From the NCBI GenBank assembly GCA_964459135.1, contig CAYWLI010000001.1, positions 2,506 through 66,505 of the forward strand: 64,000 bases of DNA, given 5' to 3'. Position 1 is the first letter of the stretch. Each line of letters opens with the position of its first letter. Shown piece after piece: positions 17,813-28,090 of this stretch. Source of the DNA: an uncultured Thermodesulfobacteriota bacterium. GTDB taxonomy: Bacteria > Desulfobacterota > B13-G15 > RBG-16-54-18. The notes beneath the pieces are model-generated. The model did no database searches, was not told the origin of the DNA, and saw only the letters and a list, made by a program, of their open reading frames with translations. A program made the translations under genes and the position numbers.

Positions 17813-19117
17813 CTAATAGCTGATAAAACTCGGTAAAAAGGTAGCAATCTGCGGGAAAATCAACATGATAACCGTAACAATAATCAATGCCACAAGAAAG
17901 GGAAAAATCCCCTTAAAGATATGTTCAAGGGGTACATCTGGAGCAATCCCCTTAATGACAAACACGTTGACCCCTACCGGCGGGGTGAGCACCCCCATCT
18001 CCCCTACGAGCACGATGATGACCCCAAACCAGATCGGGTCAAAGCCGAGCTCCTGAACGAGTGGGAAAAAGATGGGGACGGTAAGCACGATGAGGGCCAT
18101 GGAATCCATAAAGAAGCCGCCTATAAAATAGATGAAGACAATGACTATCATGACAGCCATCGGGGGTATGGGTAGCCCCCCGAGCCACTCAGCCAGGACA
18201 AAGGGTATCCTCGATACCGCCATGAAGTGACCAAAGATAGTAGCCCCGGCCATAATGAAAAGCACCATACACGCGGTTCGCACACCTTCCTTGCCGGCAT
18301 CAACAAATGTCCGCCACGTCACCTGTCGCCGGGCCAAGCCGATGAACAAGGCGCCGCCGGCACCGATTGCTCCGGCCTGCGTGGGGCTGAACCAGCCGAG
18401 AAAGAGCCCTCCTATGGCCAGAAGAAAGAGAATGAGGGCTTCGATTATGCCTGCCGTAGATCGCAGCTTCTCTTTGAAGCTGACGGGGACTCCGGGGGGA
18501 CCGATGGCGGGGTTGCGCCAGCACAGCAAGGCCACGGTTGCGGCAAAAAAGATGCTCAGGATGATCCCCGGCAAGACGCCGGCGATGAAGAGCTTACCGA
18601 TGGATTCCTCAGTCAAATACCCGTAGACGATGAGGACAGTGCTCGGCGGGATAAGGATACCCAGGGTGCCCGCAGCAGCAACGGTACCGGTAGCGAGGGT
18701 GTCATCGTACTTATACTTCTTCATTTCAGGAAGCGCTATCTGGCCCATGGTCGCTGCCGTTGCCGTGCTCGAGCCGCAAATAGCGCCAAAGCCGGCACAG
18801 GCAAAGACAGTAGCCATGGTCAGGCCCCCCCGGAACTGCCCGATCCAGGCATAGGTCGTCTTATAAAGCCTTTTGCTGATCCCCGAAGCAAAGGCAAATG
18901 TCCCCATGAGGATAAACAGGGGGATAACGCTCAAGGGATAATTGATAAAATCTTCGAAGATATCGCGGCCGATAAGACCGAGTGCCGCTCCTGGGGTAAC
19001 CAAATAACCAAACCCAACAACTCCGACCAAGGCCATGGCAAAGGCAACCGGCAATCTGAGCAAAAAGAGTAAGATGAGAAGGGCAATGCCGATGATGCCT
19101 ACAGTAACTGAGTCCAT
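17813..19117 (-). CDS. dctM: TRAP transporter large permease DctM
   Basis: 434 aa polytopic protein of the DctM family, co-operonic with the DctQ and DctP homologues. Confidence 0.85.
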   Translation of the reverse strand: MDSVTVGIIGIALLILLFLLRLPVAFAMALVGVVGFGYLVTPGAALGLIGRDIFEDFINYPLSVIPLFILMGTFAFASGISKRLYKTTYAWIGQFRGGLTMATVFACAGFGAICGSSTATAATMGQIALPEMKKYKYDDTLATGTVAAAGTLGILIPPSTVLIVYGYLTEESIGKLFIAGVLPGIILSIFFAATVALLCWRNPAIGPPGVPVSFKEKLRSTAGIIEALILFLLAIGGLFLGWFSPTQAGAIGAGGALFIGLARRQVTWRTFVDAGKEGVRTACMVLFIMAGATIFGHFMAVSRIPFVLAEWLGGLPIPPMAVMIVIVFIYFIGGFFMDSMALIVLTVPIFFPLVQELGFDPIWFGVIIVLVGEMGVLTPPVGVNVFVIKGIAPDVPLEHIFKGIFPFLVALIIVTVIMLIFPQIATFLPSFISY

Positions 19118-19119
19118 CT

Positions 19120-19608
19120 CTATACCTTCCTCTTTTTGAGTGATTTAAGAAATTCCAAGAAAAATACCATACAGACGGGAATACAGCCAAGGGCAATCCC
19201 ATAGGCGAAAGGATAATAGGGTATGTGGATAGTGGCGCTATAGTCCCCTGAGGTTTGCATTAAATAACCAAGCGCAATGAGGCGCCACACAATCACCATG
19301 AAGAGCCCTAAGCCGAGAAGCAGAATAACGCTATTGATAACTGATCCGAGACGCCGTGGCAGCAGCTTGACAAAGAATTCTACTTTGATATGCCGACCTA
19401 GAATCAGCGTCATGCTGCAACCAAAGGCAATTGCCACGGTCTGGGCAAGCATCACGATGTCAAGGGATCCCGGGAGAGGCCACCGAAAGAGCTTAGCCCC
19501 CACAACATCGACGCAGGTCACAACCATCATCACCAGCAACCCAAGAAACGCGAGCCTCTCAAACCAGTCACTTAACCGGCGATTATACCTTTCTAATGTA
19601 TCTAACAC
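19120..19608 (-). CDS. dctQ: TRAP transporter small permease DctQ
   Basis: 162 aa 4-TM protein immediately upstream of dctM. Confidence 0.75.
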   Translation of the reverse strand: MLDTLERYNRRLSDWFERLAFLGLLVMMVVTCVDVVGAKLFRWPLPGSLDIVMLAQTVAIAFGCSMTLILGRHIKVEFFVKLLPRRLGSVINSVILLLGLGLFMVIVWRLIALGYLMQTSGDYSATIHIPYYPFAYGIALGCIPVCMVFFLEFLKSLKKRKV

Positions 19609-19625
19609 TGGGCCTCCCTTACCAT

Positions 19626-19664
19626 CTTCGCTGGGAGCGGGGCAAAGCCCCGCCCCCAGCGAAG
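19626..19664 (-). other. Long GC-rich hairpin between the TRAP SBP and dctQ (intercistronic stem-loop)
   Basis: cttcgctggg-agcggggc-aaa-gccccgc-c-cccagcgaag is a near-perfect ~18-bp stem. No U-run follows. Confidence 0.5.
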
Positions 19665-19765
19665 GTCTGTACTATTGATTGATAAACAATCCGAGGCGAT
19701 CATGCCTACGTCCCCCCACTTATATGCCCAAAGGTAAGGAGACTTTCCTCAGAGGGTCATCCTGT

Positions 19766-20905
19766 CTATTTCATTATCAGAGCCTGGGGTTTCACCTCCG
19801 GAGGCCCGACTGCTGACGGGATGCGCAATTCTATCTGTTTCCCCTTCCAGAATTCAGCTCGATCGCGCAGGAATTTGATCCACCCTTGCACCTCTGCCTC
19901 GGAAAACCCTTTACCCACCATAGTTTTCACATAATCACCGAATACCGGTTCAACAGCTGCCTGCCACCTTTTAATCTCACGCGGGGAGAGTTCAATAAAT
20001 TCCACCCCCTTCGCCTTCCCAGCTTTTTCACCGACGAAATCTATGGCATTCCACATCAAGATATATCGCTCCTTGTACTCTCCAACAAGCTTGTTAAAGA
20101 TAGGCTTAATGTCTGCCGGTAACTTCTCATAGCTCTTCTTGTTCATGGCGAGATAAAAGGGATAGGGATGGTTAATCGGCCAGATTGACGTCTCATATTT
20201 TACCACTTCAGCAAACTTGAACGCAAACAGTGTCTCATAGTTTGAGGCCTCTCCATCAATAACACCTTTGGCGATCGCATCATACACCTCCGGCATCGGC
20301 GTGGGGGCCGGGGTTCCACCCAGTGCCTTCATAACCTCGCCAGCCATCCCCGGTGCCCTGATGGTGAGCCCCTTGAGGTCTTCCAGCTTGCGTACCGCCT
20401 TCTTGGAAGTGGCTATGCCACTCGGGGGGGATGCATTCATCCAGAGCACTTTCACCGCATCAAATTCCTTGGGCTGAAATTCCATGTAGAAATCATTCAT
20501 GACCTGACTCGCTACCCAGCCACTGGCATAGCCGATCGGCAAGCCGTTGGATTCGGTAACCAGCATACGCCCAGGGGTGTAATACACATGGGAATACCCG
20601 ATGTCGGCGATTCCGTCAACCACCCCATCAAACATCGCCGTCGGTTTCAGCAACGAGCCGCCACCAAAGTAATCGACCTTCACCTGGCCATTGGTGCGCT
20701 TTTCCAAGTCGCGACAAAACTCTTCTAACACTTTAGATTGGAAAGACGGGGGAGGAAAGAAATTAGCTACTTTGAGCGTTACCTTCGCTGCACGGGCCTT
20801 CCCGGTTTCAGCCTTCTCACCTTTGCATGAGGGTAAGACAGTTATTATAAGCCCTACGAAAAGAACCGCTACCAGGACTACCATTAACATTCTATTCTGT
20901 CTCAT
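19766..20905 (-). CDS. dctP: TRAP transporter solute-binding protein DctP (probable lipoprotein). Start reassigned to the internal ATG with a strong SD.
   Basis: DctP-family sequence. The ATG at 20905 is preceded by AAGGAGG at 6-nt spacing. The track ORF extends a further 20 codons upstream. Signal peptide with LPSC near a lipobox. Confidence 0.75.
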   Translation of the reverse strand: MRQNRMLMVVLVAVLFVGLIITVLPSCKGEKAETGKARAAKVTLKVANFFPPPSFQSKVLEEFCRDLEKRTNGQVKVDYFGGGSLLKPTAMFDGVVDGIADIGYSHVYYTPGRMLVTESNGLPIGYASGWVASQVMNDFYMEFQPKEFDAVKVLWMNASPPSGIATSKKAVRKLEDLKGLTIRAPGMAGEVMKALGGTPAPTPMPEVYDAIAKGVIDGEASNYETLFAFKFAEVVKYETSIWPINHPYPFYLAMNKKSYEKLPADIKPIFNKLVGEYKERYILMWNAIDFVGEKAGKAKGVEFIELSPREIKRWQAAVEPVFGDYVKTMVGKGFSEAEVQGWIKFLRDRAEFWKGKQIELRIPSAVGPPEVKPQALIMK

Positions 20906-21131
20906 CGGTAGAACCTCCTTTTGTTTTAATAGAAACATCTGCCTTTTCCTTAAATAACCGTGCAATAACCTTGTTCACTCCTCCTTCACTCCTCACGTAT
21001 ATTTATATCCGTATGCCACCCCCTTTCAAAAAAGTTTTTCCATTCTGTTTCGTGACGAGTACCATGAAACGTCCACTCTGTCACCCTTCACACAAGCAAT
21101 GAATAATTAAACAATGCGTGCCTGTGATCCT

Positions 21132-21965
21132 TCATCCTTCGTCAGTTGTCCTCTCATAAATCTTTTCAATATCAGCTCCGAAGGCGTAAGAAACACTCTT
21201 GGCACACTCTACCACTTTGTAACCATAGTGCTCAACCAAACTTTCATCAAAGACTCCAACGACAACTAGACATGCAACCACTTTCCCATTGTGGCCAAAT
21301 ACCGGGGCTGCAACGGAATTATATCGAGGATTTATTTCGCCCATATCCTGTGCAAACCCCACCTGGCGACACCTGTCAAGCTCTTCCCTCAATCGTTCCA
21401 TATTCACTGGTGAGTTAACACCATCACCGTAAAACCAGAGCTTTTCTGACGCGAGAATCTGTTCCAGTTCATCGTGTGGGAGAAACGCCAAGATGGCCTT
21501 GCCGTGAGATCTATAGGTCAGGGGAAATCTATACCCCAGTCGTATCGTTATGTTTACACCGCTGTAGGCTTCATGTTTGGCCATCACAAAGAGGTGGCTA
21601 TCGACGATCAACCCAAAGAATGCGGTGCTTTGTGTTTCTTTGGCAAGAGACTCAAGGAAAGGAGCTACCTTCTCCTGATTATAGATATTATCCAAAACTC
21701 TCCCTGACAGAAACACAAGAGCCGGTCCCAAAGAGTACGTTTTTGTCTGAGGGTCTTTTTCGACAAAACCAAAATTCTTTAACGTATTCAAGATTGAATA
21801 TCCCTTGCTTTTATGAATACCTACCTGGAGGCAGATATCCGTCAGCCTCATTTTGAACGTGGGGCTTTTCGCTAAACAAATGAGGATCTGTGCCCCTTGC
21901 TGTACCGCTGGAACCAGAGGGGTGTATCCTGTGTTGACCTCCTTGTTTTGCTTTATATCTAGCAT
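21132..21965 (-). CDS. IclR-family transcriptional regulator
   Basis: 277 aa with an N-terminal HTH (RLTDICLQVGIHKSKGYSILNTLKNFGFV) and a C-terminal IclR effector domain. Confidence 0.8.
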   Translation of the reverse strand: MLDIKQNKEVNTGYTPLVPAVQQGAQILICLAKSPTFKMRLTDICLQVGIHKSKGYSILNTLKNFGFVEKDPQTKTYSLGPALVFLSGRVLDNIYNQEKVAPFLESLAKETQSTAFFGLIVDSHLFVMAKHEAYSGVNITIRLGYRFPLTYRSHGKAILAFLPHDELEQILASEKLWFYGDGVNSPVNMERLREELDRCRQVGFAQDMGEINPRYNSVAAPVFGHNGKVVACLVVVGVFDESLVEHYGYKVVECAKSVSYAFGADIEKIYERTTDEG

Positions 21966-22078
21966 GATGTTAGATGGCTGTCTATCCCCTTAGGTTATGA
22001 GGTTTAAACCTCCACCCTCGACCGATCTTCACCCCTCCCGCTTTACTCATGTCCCAACGCTTCGTCAAAGGAGAGGCC

Positions 22079-22843
22079 CTAAAATACAAACAGGTCAATA
22101 CCGCCCGTCATATTCATCACCGCACCAGTCATGTACCGGGCTTCGTCCGATACCACATAGGCAACGGCATCGGCGATTTCCTGGGGGTCAGCAGGCCTGC
22201 CAATGGCTGTCCTCTTTTCAATCCTTTTCTGGTACTCTTCCGGGATCGGCTCAAAATAGGCCTCCGTATAGGCTATGCCGACCAGAACACAATTTGCAGT
22301 GATATTGTATCGAGCCCCCTCCAATGCCGTTGACTTTGCCAGACCGATCAGTCCTGCTTTGGCAGCACCGTAGCTTGTCTGTCCATAACCACCCAGAACA
22401 CCTGCGGCAGAGGTCATGTTGACAATACGGCCCCACTTATTGGCACGCATATCTTCCCATGCCTCCTTGATACAATAAAAGGCAGAATTCAGGCAGAGTT
22501 TGACCTCTTCATCCCATTCTTCTATGGTGGTCTTGGCAATGGTCACCATATGGCGCATTTGGGCAGCATTGTTCACGAGGATATTCACCGGCCCAAGCTC
22601 GCCTTTTATGGCTGCATAGGCCTTCTGTACATCTGCATAATCCCTCCCATTCATTTTGACCGCCATCGATTTGCGGCCCAGTGCCTGTATCTCTTCGGCA
22701 ACCGCTTTGACTCCATCCATGTGGCTAAAGCCGGTCACCACGACATCCGCCCCGTGTCGTGCCAACGTAAGGGCAATGGCCTTTCCAATACCCTTCGGCA
22801 TTGAAGCTCCTGTCACCAATGCGATCTTACCTTCTAACGACAT
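22079..22843 (-). CDS. SDR-family oxidoreductase (3-oxoacyl/3-hydroxyacyl reductase-like)
   Basis: 254 aa with the Rossmann motif TGASMPKGIGKA and a YxxxK catalytic region (YGAAKAG). Confidence 0.85.
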   Translation of the reverse strand: MSLEGKIALVTGASMPKGIGKAIALTLARHGADVVVTGFSHMDGVKAVAEEIQALGRKSMAVKMNGRDYADVQKAYAAIKGELGPVNILVNNAAQMRHMVTIAKTTIEEWDEEVKLCLNSAFYCIKEAWEDMRANKWGRIVNMTSAAGVLGGYGQTSYGAAKAGLIGLAKSTALEGARYNITANCVLVGIAYTEAYFEPIPEEYQKRIEKRTAIGRPADPQEIADAVAYVVSDEARYMTGAVMNMTGGIDLFVF

Positions 22844-22898
22844 ACAGTATCCTCCTCATGTGCTGATTGCTGTATAGATCCCACCGCTTACCTGCCCC

Positions 22899-24098
22899 TT
22901 ACCCCACCTTTACCACAAGGGAGGCGCCTGTATCTCCCGCTGCGCAGCCGGCCCACAAACCATAGCCGCCGCCAAGGAGTACCAACTCCTCCACCAACTC
23001 TGCGATGAGCCTGCCCGCTGTGGGACTCTGGGGATGCCCAAAGATCATGGAGCTTCCATAGTTGTTCATCCACATCACGTCAACGCCCATCTGTTTGGAC
23101 ATGTAAATATCATTTACCGCGAAGGGGTTGTGGGTCTTGACCGCCTTCATGTCTTTAATCGTGAGACCGGCGTTTTTCAGCGCCATCTGCGCAGCCGGCA
23201 CCGGGGCCTGAGCCATATAGGACTTTTTTGCCCTGGCAAAACCATATGACATGATCTGAATCTCGGTCTTGGGATCAGTGCTCAATTCCTTGGCCTTCTC
23301 CCGAGTAGTGACGATAAAACCACAGTTCCCGTCCGCAGGATGGGTCTGTGCACCGAAGGTCAAGACGCCGTTCGGTTCTACCGGCTTGAGTTTTGCCAAT
23401 CCTTCCGCCGTAGAGGGGGTGATGCCCTCATCCTCTTCGACCATGATGGTCTGCTTTCTCGATACCCGTACCTCGACTGGGAACATATACCGCTTCTGAA
23501 AGGCCCGGTCATCCGCCAGGGAATCCACATATTGCTCATACCGTCGCAGGGCGACCGCATCGCATTCTTCTCTGGTAATGTCGGCCTCCGCAGCCACATT
23601 TTCCGCCGTCCGTGTCATGCTCATGCCCCCCCAGGGGTCTTCGAAATTGTCCATCATCCAGTTTTCCGATTCCACCTCTCCCCCCGGACCCAACGGCTGA
23701 GCCCATACGGTGTGCGGACCGTTGGAGCAGCGGTCCGACATGAGTGCAAATGCCGTTTCATACGTGCCGACATCAATATTCACCGCCGCAAGGTGGATAC
23801 ATGTCGCTGAAGTGGTGCAGGCCTGATTTACCATCAGCCCGGGCAGATTCTTCTTGCCGTCCACCAGCATGCCAGCGGCCCAGTTGTGGCTGTGGAACAT
23901 GTAGTGTTGGGACACCGTGATCCCATAGTATAGGTATTCAACCACCGTGGGATCTAAATCGCGGCTCGAAAACCAGCGTCTCGCCGTGTTCGCACCCAAT
24001 TCAATGGCATTCTCATTGGCCAAGCTCCCCTGCCAGCGGCTAAAGGGACTTGAATAATAACCTCCATAGGGTATATAAGCCTTCGTCAACATATCCAT
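22899..24098 (-). CDS. Thiolase-family acyl-CoA acetyl/acyltransferase
   Basis: 399 aa with nucleophile-Cys region NQACTTSA, GHP motif FGHPQSPTAG and C-terminal CAAGDTG. Confidence 0.75.
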   Translation of the reverse strand: MDMLTKAYIPYGGYYSSPFSRWQGSLANENAIELGANTARRWFSSRDLDPTVVEYLYYGITVSQHYMFHSHNWAAGMLVDGKKNLPGLMVNQACTTSATCIHLAAVNIDVGTYETAFALMSDRCSNGPHTVWAQPLGPGGEVESENWMMDNFEDPWGGMSMTRTAENVAAEADITREECDAVALRRYEQYVDSLADDRAFQKRYMFPVEVRVSRKQTIMVEEDEGITPSTAEGLAKLKPVEPNGVLTFGAQTHPADGNCGFIVTTREKAKELSTDPKTEIQIMSYGFARAKKSYMAQAPVPAAQMALKNAGLTIKDMKAVKTHNPFAVNDIYMSKQMGVDVMWMNNYGSSMIFGHPQSPTAGRLIAELVEELVLLGGGYGLWAGCAAGDTGASLVVKVG

Positions 24099-24274
24099 CT
24101 TCCTCCATGTATGATTTTAATTATCAGTAAAGGGTAGCGCGGATCCCCTGCGTCAAGCATCAATGTGTATTTCCCACCCTTTTGTTGTTCTATATACAGA
24201 AAAATATTCTATGTATAGAATTGCTATTTCGTAACATCTTTCAAAACACGTGTCAAGAGAAAAATGGTGCACGA

Positions 24275-24296
24275 GGGGAGAATACAGTTTCTCCCC
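24275..24296. promoter_or_regulatory. Perfect 8-bp inverted repeat (GGGGAGAA-tacagt-TTCTCCCC) in the thiolase/ramA divergent region
   Basis: acgaGGGGAGAAtacagtTTCTCCCCctattttt. A T-run follows on the plus strand. It could be an operator or an orphan terminator-like hairpin. Confidence 0.4.
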
Positions 24297-24576
24297 CTAT
24301 TTTTCTCTTCGAGTCTGGGGTTAAAAAGATAACAATCCCTGAATCATCGAGCGGATTTCTGCTTGCCTATGATTTTCCCTTTTTCGGAGCGCGCGGGGAT
24401 CCTCAACACACCGTCCTCATCCCTCAAATAATGTAATTCTTCGGACATGCAGCGCTATTTTTTTATGGCTCGACATGGTAGACTGGCCTAATATCTTGTT
24501 TAAAAGCATTACGGTCCGAGCAGAACATCTCGTGATGCATGAGGCCCGCAAACTCTAAAAGCAGGAAAAGAACACG

Positions 24577-26406
24577 GTGATTATGGGTAAGACACAATCA
24601 TTCCAGATCGAGTTTCAACCCGTGGGCCGGAGAGATCGATTCCCGGCGGAACTGTCCATCCTCGAGTGCGCACGCCGATCAGGCATTGACCTGGTCAGTC
24701 TCTGCGGAGGTGCAGGTACTTGCGGCAAATGCAAGGTACAGATAGTCTCCGGGGAGGTATCCGAACCCTGCCAGAAAGAGAAGGAAGCACTTTCAGCTGA
24801 GGAGATCTCGCAAGGATACCGTCTCGCCTGCCAAACATATGCGCAAACGGATCTCGTGTTAACCGTACCGGCAGAATCTTTGAGCGCCCCGCAACGACTC
24901 CAGGTGGAAGGTCTCGAGACACCTGTCACCCCTGACCCTACCATTCAGACCTATGATGTATCACTGCCGGCCCCTTCCTTGTCCGACCTCAGGGGGGATG
25001 ATGAACGACTTCTTGAGGCGCTGGAGCAGCAACACGGTGCTGTATGTGAAAGCATCGATGAAGAGGTGTTGCGAACCTTTTCGCCCGCGTTGAGATCCCT
25101 CACGTGGGAGGCATCTGTCTCGGTCCGCGACGCTGAGGTAATTGCTGTGGGTCCTGTGGGCGGTCACAGCCTCGGCATGGCCGTTGACCTGGGGACAACC
25201 AAGATCGCCGGTTATCTCGTCGATCTGGAAACCGCTCGTACGCTCTCCGCCAAGGGGATTATGAACCCCCAGATTTCATACGGAGAGGATGTCATCGCGA
25301 GGATGGCCCGCGCCCAGAGGTCTCCTGAAGACGCGGCAACCCTTCAAGAAAAGGTTGTGGAAGCCCTTGCCACGCTTTCCGAGGAACTGTGCCACGAGGC
25401 AACTGATGCCCGACCCGAAGAGATCAAAGAGCTCGTCGTGGTGGGCAACACGGCAATGCACCACCTCCTGCTCAGGCTTCCGGTGGAGCAGTTGGCCAGG
25501 GCGCCGCATGTCCCGGCAATCAGTCGAGCCCTGGATATCAAGGCACGCGATCTGGGTTTTTCAGTCGCCCCAGGTGCCTCTGTACACTTACTGCCCAATA
25601 TTGCCGGTTTTGTTGGGGGCGATCACGTGGCCATGCTATTGGCAGTTAATGCCTGGGAGGCTGAGGGCCCGATGCTCGCTATAGACATCGGGACCAATAC
25701 GGAGATATCCCTGGTGATGCATGGAGAGATCAGCAGCGTGTCGTGCGCGTCAGGACCTGCCTTTGAGGGCGCCCATATCTCCTGTGGCATGCGCGCCGCG
25801 CCGGGTGCTATCGAGCATATGCTGATTACAGGTCAAGAGATTCAATACCATACAATCCATGGCACAGAGCCGGTGGGTATCTGCGGATCAGGCATCTTTG
25901 ACACCCTTGCGCAACTCTTTCTCAATGGCATAATCGACAAAGGCGGGAGGATCAGGGCGGATCATCCTCGCGTTCGGGAAAATCAAAAGGGCAGAGAGTT
26001 TGTGATCGTCAGTGAAGAAGAAAGGAACGGCGGTTCGGCGATCACGATCACGCAAGCGGATGTACGTGAGCTGCAACTGGCACAGGCGGCCATTCGGAGC
26101 GGTATTCAGATACTCTTACGAGACAAGGGGCTTGCGGATGAAGACCTTGACGAGATCATCATCGCGGGAGCCTTTGGAAGCTATCTGAATATTTCAAGCG
26201 CTATCGCCATCGGGATGTTTCCAGCTATTCCCGTAAGTCGCTTTCGCCAGGTTGGAAATGCAGCGGGGATGGGGGCAAAGATCGCCCTCGTCTCCAGAGA
26301 AAAGCGGGAAGCAGTTCAGAAAGGTGTCCGAGCAATTCGCTATATCGAACTTGCGGTGGCCCCCGATTTCAATAAGACCTTTACGCAGGCCCTTTCCCTC
26401 GGATAA
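24577..26406 (+). CDS. RamA-type reductive activase of corrinoid proteins (N-terminal 2Fe-2S ferredoxin + ASKHA ATPase domain)
   Basis: 609 aa with the N-terminal plant-type ferredoxin motif LCGGAGTCGKCKV and a long ASKHA/COG3894-like body. Confidence 0.75.
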   Translation: MIMGKTQSFQIEFQPVGRRDRFPAELSILECARRSGIDLVSLCGGAGTCGKCKVQIVSGEVSEPCQKEKEALSAEEISQGYRLACQTYAQTDLVLTVPAESLSAPQRLQVEGLETPVTPDPTIQTYDVSLPAPSLSDLRGDDERLLEALEQQHGAVCESIDEEVLRTFSPALRSLTWEASVSVRDAEVIAVGPVGGHSLGMAVDLGTTKIAGYLVDLETARTLSAKGIMNPQISYGEDVIARMARAQRSPEDAATLQEKVVEALATLSEELCHEATDARPEEIKELVVVGNTAMHHLLLRLPVEQLARAPHVPAISRALDIKARDLGFSVAPGASVHLLPNIAGFVGGDHVAMLLAVNAWEAEGPMLAIDIGTNTEISLVMHGEISSVSCASGPAFEGAHISCGMRAAPGAIEHMLITGQEIQYHTIHGTEPVGICGSGIFDTLAQLFLNGIIDKGGRIRADHPRVRENQKGREFVIVSEEERNGGSAITITQADVRELQLAQAAIRSGIQILLRDKGLADEDLDEIIIAGAFGSYLNISSAIAIGMFPAIPVSRFRQVGNAAGMGAKIALVSREKREAVQKGVRAIRYIELAVAPDFNKTFTQALSLG

Positions 26407-26472
26407 GAGACAGGGTCTTGCGTTCCGTTAAGTTCACCTTTGCATCATATAATTTAAACGTCACGGGAAGAT

Positions 26473-27375
26473 ATGGATAATTCCATCGATACCGTCACCA
26501 AGGCCTTTGAACATCAGTCTCCGCGCCGTCCGCCGAGGGGGGAACTGTGGTTGGGCACAGAGCTGCTGAAGAAGGCGAACCTTGAAGACACCCTGGAAGG
26601 CCATCTCGCGCTGATAAAGCGTTTAGGCCAAGACATCATGTGTCTTCCCCTATCCAGTGAGAGTAAGATGAACGAGGCCCTTGGCTACCGATACTTCGAT
26701 TTACAAGGGCTTGCGGAGGCCTCAAGGATTAATGATCTCTTTGTCATGGCGCTCATCGATGGCCCCTTTCAGAGGCTTGCTGAAAAAAGGGGGTTGACGA
26801 ACGTCCTCACCGGATGGAGACGGGAACGGTATGAATTTAAAAAGGCGTATGAGCAAGAGCGGGCAGCGGTAGATGTTCTGATAAGGAGGAGTCTTGAGCT
26901 GTTAGTTGGTGCTGTTGTGGTAGCGGATGATGTAGCTGGAGAACGCGCTCCGTTTATTGGCCCTAACGATCTTCAAGAGCTTTGTTCCCTCTTTTATACC
27001 CAGGCGGTCTCCGAAATTCATAGCGGGCATGCGTACGCCCTGCTTCATTCCTGCGGCAATATCACGAGGTTAATCCCTCATCTTGTTTCATATGGCTTCG
27101 ACGGCCTGGCAGCCATTCAGCATCGGATCAATGACCTTATTGCTTTAAAAAAACTCTACGGATCCACTCTTACTTTTATGGCCGGGATCGAGGCAGAGGT
27201 GTTAGAGGCAGAGGAACTCTCTTCGTCCGACAGGAAGGAATATAAAAAGATTATCCGGGCCCTTGCCCCGGATGGTGGTTTTGTCATCTGCTCATCCAGC
27301 GGTCTGTATGCCGATGATTTTCTTGAAAGGGTACAAGAGCTTTATCGAATCGCCGACACACTATACACCGGATAA
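26473..27375 (+). CDS. URO-D-family (MtaA-like) methyltransferase, short form
   Basis: 300 aa with a UroD/MtaA-like C-terminal half including an LLHSCGN zinc-site-like motif. Confidence 0.55.
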   Translation: MDNSIDTVTKAFEHQSPRRPPRGELWLGTELLKKANLEDTLEGHLALIKRLGQDIMCLPLSSESKMNEALGYRYFDLQGLAEASRINDLFVMALIDGPFQRLAEKRGLTNVLTGWRRERYEFKKAYEQERAAVDVLIRRSLELLVGAVVVADDVAGERAPFIGPNDLQELCSLFYTQAVSEIHSGHAYALLHSCGNITRLIPHLVSYGFDGLAAIQHRINDLIALKKLYGSTLTFMAGIEAEVLEAEELSSSDRKEYKKIIRALAPDGGFVICSSSGLYADDFLERVQELYRIADTLYTG

Positions 27376-27409
27376 AACATGCCAAAGGATCAAGGGTGTC
27401 CTCAAACAA

Positions 27410-28063
27410 TTAAACGCTCCCCTCCATGATCTGTTGACAAAGACGCACTCCTTTCATGGCATCGTTCGTCCAGTAATCCGCGTCTAACTCCTTACACAAA
27501 AACTCAGTAACCTGACCGCCGATAAGATATGCACGAGGTGCGAACTCCTCGGGAATATTGTCTTTTAAGAGCGCAATGGTCTCTTGCATGGACTTGTAAG
27601 CTGCAGAGATGAGACAGGAGAGCCCGACGATGTCGGGCTTGAACTCATGAATTGCCGCAAGGAATTTACTCGGCGGCACATCGACCCCGATATCATGAAC
27701 CGCGAACCCGTGCACACGAACAAGCTCTTTAAAGATATCCTTGCCGATGAAGTGGATATCCCCCTCAACCGTGCCGAGGATAATGCTGCCAATATTCCCG
27801 TTCGTGATCTTGCTTTCAAGAAGGGGAAAGATCTGTTGTCCGACCTGGCGCATAATCTCACCGGCCATGATGAGACCGGCTATAAAGTAGCGCCCTTGTT
27901 CGTAGTACTCCCCAACTTGGATCATGCCCTTATGGCACAGGTCGATGATAGTCAGAGGGTCAACACCATCGGCTATGTGCTGCTGAACCAAGTTCAATAC
28001 CGCCTCCTCTTGCAGTTCAGCCATCAAGGTGCTGAGTTCCGCTTGGTTGTCTGTTACAGGCAT
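27410..28063 (-). CDS. Corrinoid (cobalamin-binding) protein, second copy
   Basis: 217 aa with the DxHxxG motif GDIHFIGKDIF and an N-terminal cap region. It lies downstream of, and co-oriented with, the GntR gene. Confidence 0.85.
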   Translation of the reverse strand: MPVTDNQAELSTLMAELQEEAVLNLVQQHIADGVDPLTIIDLCHKGMIQVGEYYEQGRYFIAGLIMAGEIMRQVGQQIFPLLESKITNGNIGSIILGTVEGDIHFIGKDIFKELVRVHGFAVHDIGVDVPPSKFLAAIHEFKPDIVGLSCLISAAYKSMQETIALLKDNIPEEFAPRAYLIGGQVTEFLCKELDADYWTNDAMKGVRLCQQIMEGSV

Positions 28064-28090
28064 ATAACCATCACCTTTTGAATGTCTGCA

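Noticed and set aside
18227-19072. 281-aa plus-strand ORF
   Set aside because: It is antisense to dctM. Its charged low-complexity translation is incompatible with the obvious membrane protein on the other strand.
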